DNA from: a virus
DNA: 64,000 bases
IMG/VR virus record: IMGVR_UViG_3300047494_000100
Location: 1 to 64,000 of that record
Strand: one strand, 5' to 3'
A model generated the notes under the pieces. It worked only from the letters and a program-made list of their open reading frames with translations. It was not told the origin of the DNA and made no database searches. The translations under genes and the position numbers were made by a program. This document shows positions 19,349 to 25,710 of the stretch, one piece after another (position 1 is the stretch's first letter; the number at the start of each line of letters is the position of its first letter).

Positions 19349-19954
19349 ATGACAGCAAAGAGTCAGTATAGCGTGCCCGGAATTTATAAAATTACCAACA
19401 TTGTTTCCGGTAAAGCATATGTTGGAGGTACAGATAACGTACAAAAAAGATGGACAAAGCACAAATGGTTGTTGTGCCTTGGCCTGCACAAACTTAAAGC
19501 ACTTCAAGAAGATTGGAATAAAGAAGGTGCAAATAAGTTTGAATTCAATATTGTGTTACAATTGCCAAAATTGCCGAAAGCTGAATTTAAGCTGCTAAAA
19601 ACTGAAAAAGAAACAGAAGTTTTGGCAGCCACTCCGAACAACTATAATCGAACAATTGGAGCGGGAGATTTTGGATTTCGACTTTCAAATGACACCAAAA
19701 AGGAACTGTCCAAATTTAATAAGAAAAAATGGGACAACCCAGAATACAAAAAACGTTTATCTGAGATCCATATGAAAAAATGGGCAGATGGCGAATATAA
19801 AAGAAAGGCAACAAAAGAAACTCGAGAAAAACAAAGTTTAGCAAAAAAACTCTACTATGAAAAAACAGGAGGGATGAAAGAAGAAACTAAAGAAAAATTA
19901 AGCAGGATTCATCAGGCTCGAATTGCTCGAGCCAAAACAAAAGAACCCTCCTAA
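19349..19954 (+). CDS. GIY-YIG homing endonuclease (I-TevI-like, NUMOD3 repeats)
   Basis: PGIYKITNIVSGKAYVGGTDNVQKRWTKH, plus repeated S..TKEKLS-type motifs. On the opposite strand to all its neighbours. Confidence 0.85.
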   Translation: MTAKSQYSVPGIYKITNIVSGKAYVGGTDNVQKRWTKHKWLLCLGLHKLKALQEDWNKEGANKFEFNIVLQLPKLPKAEFKLLKTEKETEVLAATPNNYNRTIGAGDFGFRLSNDTKKELSKFNKKKWDNPEYKKRLSEIHMKKWADGEYKRKATKETREKQSLAKKLYYEKTGGMKEETKEKLSRIHQARIARAKTKEPS

Positions 19955-20826
19955 TTCCTCCGATACCTTCCCTTACGTTCCTCAATCTGTTTCGCCCGAA
20001 GCGCATACCAATCTTCCGCGCTTGTGTTCGGATCATCTAAGGCAACGGCACCAACGGCACCTTTCCCATTGATGGGAATGACAGGAGCAGGGGCACCACT
20101 GACGGGCGTTTTTTCGACAGGCTTGTTGAGCAGTGATGCTTCAACACGCGCAAGTTCGAGCGCCATTTTCTTGGGCGCCATGCCGGCAATCTTCGCGGCT
20201 TCTTCAGGATTCATGCCCAGATGGTGAAGAATCTGGTGCGGGTTTTTAAGTTCAACCACCGTTTCCAAGAATTCGGGTGAGACCTTAGTGGGATCACCAA
20301 TGGCACCTACCATTGTCAAATTCTTAACCGCGTCATCCCAATCTTTGTATTCTTTTTTCCCTGTGTCAACAATTGTGTTGCAGGTTTCATTGAACTTATT
20401 AGCCTGGGCAATTGCCTGTGCTTTAACCAGCGCACGCTTTTCAATTTCGTCTTCCGCCAATGGGACAGGAGCCGGGGCTGGTGCAGCGGCAGGCGTTGTA
20501 GCAGCTGGTGTCTTCGCAATCTGTTCAAGCAGCGCAGCCGCACGAGCCTCCGCATTCTTCGCCTTCGCCTCGGCAGCTTCCGCCAGACGTTCAGCTTCGT
20601 AACGACGCGCCGTCAAGTCATTGATGCGCTTCTGGGCCCACTCAGGAGTGGTCTTATTATCCGCCGGAGTTACGGGCGGAGCGGCAGGGTCTGTCACCGC
20701 TGCTGGTTCAACTGGAGCGGGATCAGGAACGGAAGTATCAACCAAAAGTGGCTGGGTAACTGCATCAGGATTCGCGCTTCCATTCCCATCCACAACGGGA
20801 CTCGCACTGGTAGACTCAGACGACAT
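19951..20826 (-). CDS. Scaffolding protein
   Basis: 291-aa Ala/Pro/Glu-rich helical ORF immediately upstream of the coat gene. Confidence 0.6.
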   Translation of the reverse strand: MSSESTSASPVVDGNGSANPDAVTQPLLVDTSVPDPAPVEPAAVTDPAAPPVTPADNKTTPEWAQKRINDLTARRYEAERLAEAAEAKAKNAEARAAALLEQIAKTPAATTPAAAPAPAPVPLAEDEIEKRALVKAQAIAQANKFNETCNTIVDTGKKEYKDWDDAVKNLTMVGAIGDPTKVSPEFLETVVELKNPHQILHHLGMNPEEAAKIAGMAPKKMALELARVEASLLNKPVEKTPVSGAPAPVIPINGKGAVGAVALDDPNTSAEDWYALRAKQIEERKGRYRRN

Positions 20827-20873
20827 AGACTTTACTCCAATTAATTGCGCCCTGTGGACAGCACAGGTACTGT

Positions 20874-21170
20874 TTAGCTTAAAATATCTTTACAGTCTTG
20901 AAAACAGTTCTCTTGCCAGACCTTAGTTATTCTAGTATGGAGCGAATGTACAGAAAGCATAAGGGTTCCACTTTCTGCATGGCCACTTGCATACGTGTCC
21001 ATTATTTGATTATTCCCACTAACTATTGCTATGGCAGCCCCAATAATTTCTCCCCGTTTAGCTTTTTCTAAAGCTTCAGAAAATAATTCTATCACATCTT
21101 GGCAAGATTCTCCAGTTCCTAAATATCCTCCACAAAGTGCAAAAAACTCAGCCATTTTGTTAATCTTCAA
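20874..21170 (-). CDS. Hypothetical protein (likely start ATG 21155)
   Basis: ORF in the minus-strand chain. Confidence 0.4.
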   Translation of the reverse strand: MKINKMAEFFALCGGYLGTGESCQDVIELFSEALEKAKRGEIIGAAIAIVSGNNQIMDTYASGHAESGTLMLSVHSLHTRITKVWQENCFQDCKDILS

Positions 21171-21340
21171 ATCATCGGTGGATAGTATTTCTTGCTAAAC
21201 CATTCAGTGTTGTGCTCAGGTGAGCAGAACGGCACTTCAATTATCTTTTGCAGCTTGCGATCTTTCGTAAGATTTTTACCAGACCAATACATGCAATGGG
21301 ATTCAGGTATGGGCTTGTCGCAGATGCCACAGTGGAGCAT
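21167..21340 (-). CDS. Small Cys-rich (zinc-finger-like) protein, 57 aa
   Basis: Own translation MLHCGICDKPIPESHCMYW...VPFCSPEHNTEWF. Confidence 0.3.
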   Translation of the reverse strand: MLHCGICDKPIPESHCMYWSGKNLTKDRKLQKIIEVPFCSPEHNTEWFSKKYYPPMI

Positions 21341-21364
21341 TTTAAACTCATGTTGATTGAATAA

Positions 21365-21440
21365 TGGTGCCTGAAGCAGGCTCTGCCCCTACCGCTTCCT
21401 GCTTACAAGGCAGGTACTCTACTGAATGAGTTATTCAGGC
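21365..21440 (-). tRNA. tRNA-Thr (anticodon UGU), non-canonical D and T loops
   Basis: Cloverleaf: GCCTGAA/TTCAGGC acceptor, ACTC/GAGT D stem, CCTGC-CTTGTAA-GCAGG anticodon arm, CCA encoded. The T loop is GGCAGAG and the D loop is ATTCAGTA. Confidence 0.6.
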
Positions 21441-21445
21441 AAGAA

Positions 21446-21519
21446 TGGCTTCCTCTCCACGGCTTGAACGTGAATCTCCAGAGCCAAAATCTGACGTGCT
21501 ACCATTACACCAAGAGGAA
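21446..21519 (-). tRNA. tRNA-Gln (UUG)
   Basis: TTCCTCT/AGAGGAA acceptor (U1:A72, G73), anticodon loop TTTTGGC, T loop TTCAAGC, CCA encoded. Confidence 0.75.
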
Positions 21520-21552
21520 GTAATGGAGTTATTGTCGGAAAATCAACTTAGG

Positions 21553-21623
21553 GGTGACGTAAGAGATTTGAACTCTTTCCAGCAAATTCACAATTTGACG
21601 TGCAGCCCATACACCAACGTCAC
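21553..21623 (-). tRNA. tRNA-His (GUG)
   Basis: GTGACGT/ACGTCAC acceptor, anticodon loop TTGTGAA, T arm AAGAG-TTCAAAT-CTCTT. No encoded G-1 seen. Confidence 0.6.
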
Positions 21624-21659
21624 ACCTAAATTGACTTAGGCTTTTGACGCGATGTCGAA

Positions 21660-21734
21660 TGGTCGGAATGGCAGGACTCGAACCTGCATAATCCTGGCCC
21701 CAAACCAGGCGAACAACCTTTATCCCACACTCCG
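21660..21734 (-). tRNA. tRNA-Pro (UGG)
   Basis: CGGAGTG/CATTCCG acceptor, CCTGG-TTTGGGG-CCAGG anticodon arm, GCAGG-TTCGAGT-CCTGC T arm, ACCA. Confidence 0.8.
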
Positions 21735-21782
21735 ATGGAATAGGTCGAGGTTCTGCAGTGTTCATAAAAGTTCTTTCATATT

Positions 21783-21859
21783 TGGTAGGTGCGGAAAGAT
21801 TTGAACTTTCAACTCCTAGATTTTAAGTCTAGTGCCTCTTCCTGTTGGGCCACACACCC
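21783..21859 (-). tRNA. tRNA with anticodon UAA (Leu by anticodon), short variable arm
   Basis: CTAGA-CTTAAAA-TCTAG anticodon arm, GAAAG-TTCAAAT-CTTTC T arm, A73-CCA. The variable region is only 5 nt. Confidence 0.6.
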
Positions 21860-21866
21860 GTAAAGG

Positions 21867-21943
21867 TGGTGGGCGTACTAGGACTTGAACCTAGAAACTC
21901 CGGAGTCTAAATCCGGCGACTTTACCAATTTGCCCATACGCCC
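21867..21943 (-). tRNA. tRNA with anticodon UAG (Leu by anticodon), short variable arm
   Basis: GGGCGTA/TACGCCC acceptor, CCGGA-TTTAGAC-TCCGG anticodon arm, CTAGG-TTCAAGT-CCTAG T arm, ACCA. Confidence 0.65.
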
Positions 21944-21974
21944 GAATTTTATAGTCCGAGTCGTAATCGCAAGT

Positions 21975-22060
21975 TGGTGGGGCAACTTGGATTTGCACCA
22001 AGGAACGCCGAAGCGGAGTGTTTTACAGACACCGTGCTTTGTCTACTTGCATACTGCCCC
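21975..22060 (-). tRNA. tRNA-Tyr (GUA), long variable arm
   Basis: Anticodon loop CTGTAAA, extra arm CCGCTTCGGCG, T arm CTTGG-TGCAAAT-CCAAG, ACCA. Confidence 0.75.
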
Positions 22061-22143
22061 TGCGAGCAGCTATATCGATCTGAAGTATTCATAGTACAGG
22101 ACTGTAATTTATTTTTGTTAAATGTAAATCAATAATTGTAGTA

Positions 22144-22178
22144 GCGGGAGAAGGAATTGCACCTCCGTTCCATCCCGC
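22144..22178 (-). other. Stem-loop between a small gene and the tRNA cluster (terminator or processing site?)
   Basis: GCGGGA...TCCCGC outer stem with an inner GGAA/TTCC stem. No clear U tract. Confidence 0.25.
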
Positions 22179-22187
22179 GTTAAGTTC

Positions 22188-22376
22188 TTAAGCAGTCGGC
22201 GCAACAACCGTGGGCTCAAGCTGTGCAAGAATTGTATTTGCCGTGGTCTGTACACCAGCAACAGCCGTTGTGACAGGCGTTAAATCTACTACAGGCGTTG
22301 CAATAGCAGCAACAGCCGCCTGGAGTTCAGTTAATTGGGCAGTGATCGAAATGAGTTGGTCTTCAACAGTAGCCAT
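22188..22376 (-). CDS. Small Ala/Thr/Val-rich protein (start ATG 22376)
   Basis: MATVEDQLISITAQLTELQ..., with GGAGAA upstream. Confidence 0.45.
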   Translation of the reverse strand: MATVEDQLISITAQLTELQAAVAAIATPVVDLTPVTTAVAGVQTTANTILAQLEPTVVAPTA

Positions 22377-22423
22377 AAATATTCTCCATTTTTTAAAGAT
22401 TGATAGATATTTGCGAATGTGTT

Positions 22424-22588
22424 TCACGCCCATTCACTTTTCTCAGCACGTTCATTAAATTCTTTCCACCGCTGATCGACTTCTTTATCTAGTTCCTCAT
22501 GTGACTTCCGTCCAGGATTCATCGCCTGTGTCTGACGCCGATAGGTGTCAGTCATGTGACGGCTTATGGGCTTTATAGTAGGGATCAT
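22424..22588 (-). CDS. Small hypothetical protein, 54 aa
   Basis: Own translation MIPTIKPISRHMTDTYRRQTQAMNPGRKSHEELDKEVDQRWKEFNERAEKSEWA. TAATG overlap with the upstream stop. Confidence 0.3.
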   Translation of the reverse strand: MIPTIKPISRHMTDTYRRQTQAMNPGRKSHEELDKEVDQRWKEFNERAEKSEWA

Positions 22589-22785
22589 TATCTTGCGCCT
22601 TCATCATAGCCTTGACGATATGACTCTTCGTGTTTCTTAGTTGGAGGACTAAACTTTTCTTCACGCTTACTGTCTTTTTCACCACGCTTAAAATGCTTCG
22701 ATCCTGTCAAATAGCTATCACGTTCGTTGTCATGTTTCCAATACTTTTTATCTTCGCCCCAATAGGGATGTTCATGCTCTTTCAT
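22588..22785 (-). CDS. Small His/Lys/Glu-rich protein with N-terminal EHEHPYWGE
   Basis: MKEHEHPYWGEDKKYWKH... Confidence 0.5.
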   Translation of the reverse strand: MKEHEHPYWGEDKKYWKHDNERDSYLTGSKHFKRGEKDSKREEKFSPPTKKHEESYRQGYDEGAR

Positions 22786-22790
22786 GAGAA

Positions 22791-23015
22791 TTATTCCTTA
22801 TGGGCTTTATAGTAGGGATCATGAGAACCTCCGTTGGTGTGGCGTAGTTCGTCAGCGTGTTTATGTTCTTCCATACGATGTAACTGATAACCAGCATCCA
22901 TCGCAGACTTCACAGTTTTGTAACCCTTTTTCTCTAAGCCCATTAAAGCTTCGTGTAAATCCTTACTTGGTTCGACGGTTTCACCGTGAAGGGATGTTGC
23001 GTATTTTGATTTCAT
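22791..23015 (-). CDS. Small protein, motif-B family (GGSHDPYYKAHKE C-terminus)
   Basis: Track ORF. The motif is shared with 3 paralogues. Confidence 0.5.
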   Translation of the reverse strand: MKSKYATSLHGETVEPSKDLHEALMGLEKKGYKTVKSAMDAGYQLHRMEEHKHADELRHTNGGSHDPYYKAHKE

Positions 23016-23233
23016 TCCCCATCTCCTGCTGCTCTATCCATTGAACCACCCGGAGCATTTTCAATTGCCTGCACGTCATCACTATAGTGCGCGTTCATGA
23101 TGGGATGATTTTTGATAATTTGGCGTCCCCTCTCCTCGGCTTCCTCTGGGCTATTGGCCTTCACCTGAACGGCTGGTTCCACTTGGAACACATGCTTGCC
23201 TTTCGTGCGACCGTGAACGGAATAGGTTTTCAT
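23012..23233 (-). CDS. Small hypothetical protein
   Basis: Track ORF with overlapping start/stop on both sides. Confidence 0.45.
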   Translation of the reverse strand: MKTYSVHGRTKGKHVFQVEPAVQVKANSPEEAEERGRQIIKNHPIMNAHYSDDVQAIENAPGGSMDRAAGDGE

Positions 23234-23385
23234 TCTTGCTTCTCCGGATACATTGGATCATATGAGCCTTTACCCGCCATGCGCAATGCTTGCGCCGCAT
23301 CATGCATGTCCTGGCTAGTAAAACCACGACTTTTGTTGAAGCCCTCGAAAGGAGAAGGCATTAAAGGAACATCTATCGGATCCAT
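23230..23385 (-). CDS. Small protein, motif-B family (GKGSYDPMYPEKQE), 51 aa
   Basis: Own translation MDPIDVPLMPSPFEGFNKSRGFTSQDMHDAAQALRMAGKGSYDPMYPEKQE. Confidence 0.4.
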   Translation of the reverse strand: MDPIDVPLMPSPFEGFNKSRGFTSQDMHDAAQALRMAGKGSYDPMYPEKQE

Positions 23386-23636
23386 TAATCTTGCTTCCAA
23401 TGTGGGAGTTGGTGTTCTCTTAGTGTGGCCCGAAGACCAACTTCTTGTTGGAGACTTAGATTTGGATGTTCTCTCTTTATGGTTTTTCCCAAATTACGTT
23501 CTGCTCTAGCTGCCGCTGCTCTTAAATTACTTGGGGCTTTCGTATATTCAGTCCCAATTTCGCTTACATGCTGCGCTTTCTCAGCGGCCCGTTGGTGTGC
23601 TACTATTACCTTTGAGCTTATTTCAGAAAGTTTCAT
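23385..23636 (-). CDS. Small protein, motif-A family (EHQLPHWKQD)
   Basis: Track ORF 23385..23648. ATG 23636 makes an ATGA overlap with the upstream stop. Confidence 0.5.
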   Translation of the reverse strand: MKLSEISSKVIVAHQRAAEKAQHVSEIGTEYTKAPSNLRAAAARAERNLGKTIKREHPNLSLQQEVGLRATLREHQLPHWKQD

Positions 23637-23848
23637 TTCTCTTTCCAATGTGGGAGTTGGTGTTCTTTTACTTCCTTCATAGCTTGCTCTTTATTAGGAG
23701 CAAAATCATCTCGAGGATATGTGCCAGCAGCTTGCTCTTCTCTCATCTTCTTAACAGTCCTCATTTTGCGGTCATAGTCGAGCGAAACATGAAGATCATG
23801 CTTTTCTTTCGGCGTAAGGTGATCCAGTTCCATTGAACGTTTGACCAT
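23633..23848 (-). CDS. Small protein, motif-A family (EHQLPHWKEK)
   Basis: Track ORF. Confidence 0.5.
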   Translation of the reverse strand: MVKRSMELDHLTPKEKHDLHVSLDYDRKMRTVKKMREEQAAGTYPRDDFAPNKEQAMKEVKEHQLPHWKEK

Positions 23849-23849
23849 A

Positions 23850-24185
23850 TCAATGTACCACCAATTCAGGTTGTTTCGTTACACCCATTATTTGATCCGC
23901 GACACGCTTGTCAATGTTGCCGGGAATTTCACTGTGGCGGACTAATGCTTCGAAGATTTCTTCCTTTTGCCATTCGGGTGTGGTGCTGAAGCCCAGCATA
24001 GCGGCGAGTTGCTTCCGCGCAACTTCCACGAAACGCTTCCACTCACGGCGAACAAACATGCGTTGGTTGGGATAGTACTTGAAGAAATCATCGCTGCCCG
24101 AAGCAGCCTCCTCATAAAACGCTCCCGCAAACTCGCGTGCTGTTGCGGCGATGAGTTTATGGGTGAATTTTTGGTTGGTGGACAT
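23850..24185 (-). CDS. Hypothetical protein, 111 aa
   Basis: Track ORF in the chain. Confidence 0.5.
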   Translation of the reverse strand: MSTNQKFTHKLIAATAREFAGAFYEEAASGSDDFFKYYPNQRMFVRREWKRFVEVARKQLAAMLGFSTTPEWQKEEIFEALVRHSEIPGNIDKRVADQIMGVTKQPELVVH

Positions 24186-24379
24186 TAGGATTCTTCCCAG
24201 TGTTTGCGTTCATGTTCTTTTTGAGCGTTTTTATTTCTCAAAAGAGTGTAGGCATCAGAAGTCTTGCCTTCATGATAAGCTTTCACAGCATCTTTTCGAG
24301 CCTTGTGTTCTCCAAGATATTTTTCATGATGTTCCGCGTATGCTTTATGAAAACGTTTATCAGCCAATGTTTCAGCCAT
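24185..24379 (-). CDS. Small protein, motif-A family (KEHERKHWEES)
   Basis: MAETLADKRFHKAYAEHHEKYLGEHK..., with AAGGAG 8 nt upstream of ATG 24379. Confidence 0.45.
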   Translation of the reverse strand: MAETLADKRFHKAYAEHHEKYLGEHKARKDAVKAYHEGKTSDAYTLLRNKNAQKEHERKHWEES

Positions 24380-24380
24380 C

Positions 24381-24569
24381 TCACTTCTCCTTCCAATGTG
24401 AAAGTTGATGTTCTTTTTTCTCTGTGATAATTTCATATTGCCCTGGCCTATAGCCATAACGCTTTGCATCCGCATGGGCGTCTTCGTGAGACTGGTAATA
24501 ACCACGACTTGTGTACGCGCCACCACTGTGTGAATCCGTTCTTAGTTCATGAATGAATGGTTTGGGCAT
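24381..24569 (-). CDS. Small protein, motif-A family (EHQLSHWKEK)
   Basis: Track ORF. Confidence 0.5.
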   Translation of the reverse strand: MPKPFIHELRTDSHSGGAYTSRGYYQSHEDAHADAKRYGYRPGQYEIITEKKEHQLSHWKEK

Positions 24570-24629
24570 GTTATTCCTTCATCTCTGGAAGTTGCTTTAT
24601 CAACATCAACATAAATTTACGAAACTTGC

Positions 24630-24839
24630 TCATTTGTTTTTGTGCTTGTCTTTGTACATTGGATCATGGCTGCCTTGACCTAGCATGCGAAGCGTTTCAG
24701 CTTTCTCATGTTCAGCGCTGGGCGTCGACCCACACTGAATCTTGCCATCTTCCATGTAGTCATCGTTCACGGGAGTTTCATCAAACTTGTGAAGCTTATT
24801 CACAGTACCATAGTCGAGACCTTCAGGAGCTTCTTTCAT
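24630..24839 (-). CDS. Small protein, motif-B family (GQGSHDPMYKDKHKNK)
   Basis: Track ORF. Confidence 0.5.
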   Translation of the reverse strand: MKEAPEGLDYGTVNKLHKFDETPVNDDYMEDGKIQCGSTPSAEHEKAETLRMLGQGSHDPMYKDKHKNK

Positions 24840-24985
24840 TTCTTTTCTCCCCAGTATGGATGTTCATGTTCAGAGATTAATTCATGCTTCAGTTTTATAA
24901 TGTCTCTCTCCTTAGCAGCCACATGTTCGCGCCGCTTCTTTTTATTCTCTTCAGAATTTATGTCGTGTGAATCATTATGGAGCAT
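24836..24985 (-). CDS. Small protein, motif-A family (SEHEHPYWGEKK), 49 aa
   Basis: Own translation MLHNDSHDINSEENKKKRREHVAAKERDIIKLKHELISEHEHPYWGEKK. ATGA overlap with the next gene. Confidence 0.4.
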   Translation of the reverse strand: MLHNDSHDINSEENKKKRREHVAAKERDIIKLKHELISEHEHPYWGEKK

Positions 24986-24994
24986 TATTACTTC

Positions 24995-25255
24995 TCACTT
25001 ATTCTTATGACTATTTTCATACACCGGATCACTTGATCCCTTACCTTCTAGCCTCATTTCCTCCGCTGCTTTGTGCATGGCGGAGTGCATGGAGACTTTG
25101 GGTGAACTATATTTACTAGGATGCGCGGGATGACTAAGTGGTGTGTTCCTGGCCAATGCTTCATCACGTTTTTTAATTTGTTCTTCAGTATGAGCAACAC
25201 GGCGATCTGGAGCACGATCTTTTAGAGGAACAAAGTGATTCACTACTTTAGCCAT
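24995..25255 (-). CDS. Small protein, motif-B family (GKGSSDPVYENSHKNK)
   Basis: MAKVVNHFVPLK..., with AAGGAG upstream of ATG 25255. Confidence 0.5.
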   Translation of the reverse strand: MAKVVNHFVPLKDRAPDRRVAHTEEQIKKRDEALARNTPLSHPAHPSKYSSPKVSMHSAMHKAAEEMRLEGKGSSDPVYENSHKNK

Positions 25256-25433
25256 TGACACACTCCTTATGCACCAACGTCGCATGTTTTAGAAACACAA
25301 TGTTGCCTTCACGCGGTGTTGCGCGGGGCTTAAGTTCTGAACCCAGGGCACCAATTTCTTCACCACAGGTTTCACACTTTCCATTTTGTATCTTAGCAAG
25401 CAGGCGTTTGTAACGGTTATTGTGATTTATCAT
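25248..25433 (-). CDS. Small hypothetical protein with a CxxC pair
   Basis: Track ORF containing GKCETCGEE. Confidence 0.35.
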   Translation of the reverse strand: MINHNNRYKRLLAKIQNGKCETCGEEIGALGSELKPRATPREGNIVFLKHATLVHKECVNG

Positions 25434-25560
25434 ATATATTATATTACAACAAAAGACAACTAGTTTTATTCAACTTTATATTTTCCTTATGTATTAGTCT
25501 TTTATAGGTGTAGCTGCCTTATGCGCTTAAGAGTTTACTAACAACACAGGAGCGTACTAT

Positions 25561-25710
25561 ATGCAAACCACACAAAGCCTAGACGACTACTTCGAAGAAT
25601 GGATCGGCAAGGATATCCGACGCTATCGAGAGATGCGAGAGCAGCAAACAGCGGATTGGAAAAAGCCAAGAAACAGGTTAGAATTAAAGGAGTTCAACCC
25701 GGATGATTGA
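25561..25710 (+). CDS. Small plus-strand ORF, 49 aa, convergent with the portal gene
   Basis: Own translation MQTTQSLDDYFEEWIGKDIRRYREMREQQTADWKKPRNRLELKEFNPDD. AGGAG lies 9 nt upstream. Confidence 0.3.
   Translation: MQTTQSLDDYFEEWIGKDIRRYREMREQQTADWKKPRNRLELKEFNPDD

Noticed and set aside
21445-22094. Track ORFs 21445..21639 (+), 21529..21765 (-) and 21885..22094 (+).
   Set aside because: They lie entirely across the tRNA genes. They are most likely chance open frames.
24185-24526. 113-aa track ORF spanning two small genes.
   Set aside because: It overlaps 24381..24569 out of frame. The internal ATG 24379 has an AAGGAG SD formed by the upstream gene's terminal codons, so the shorter gene is preferred.
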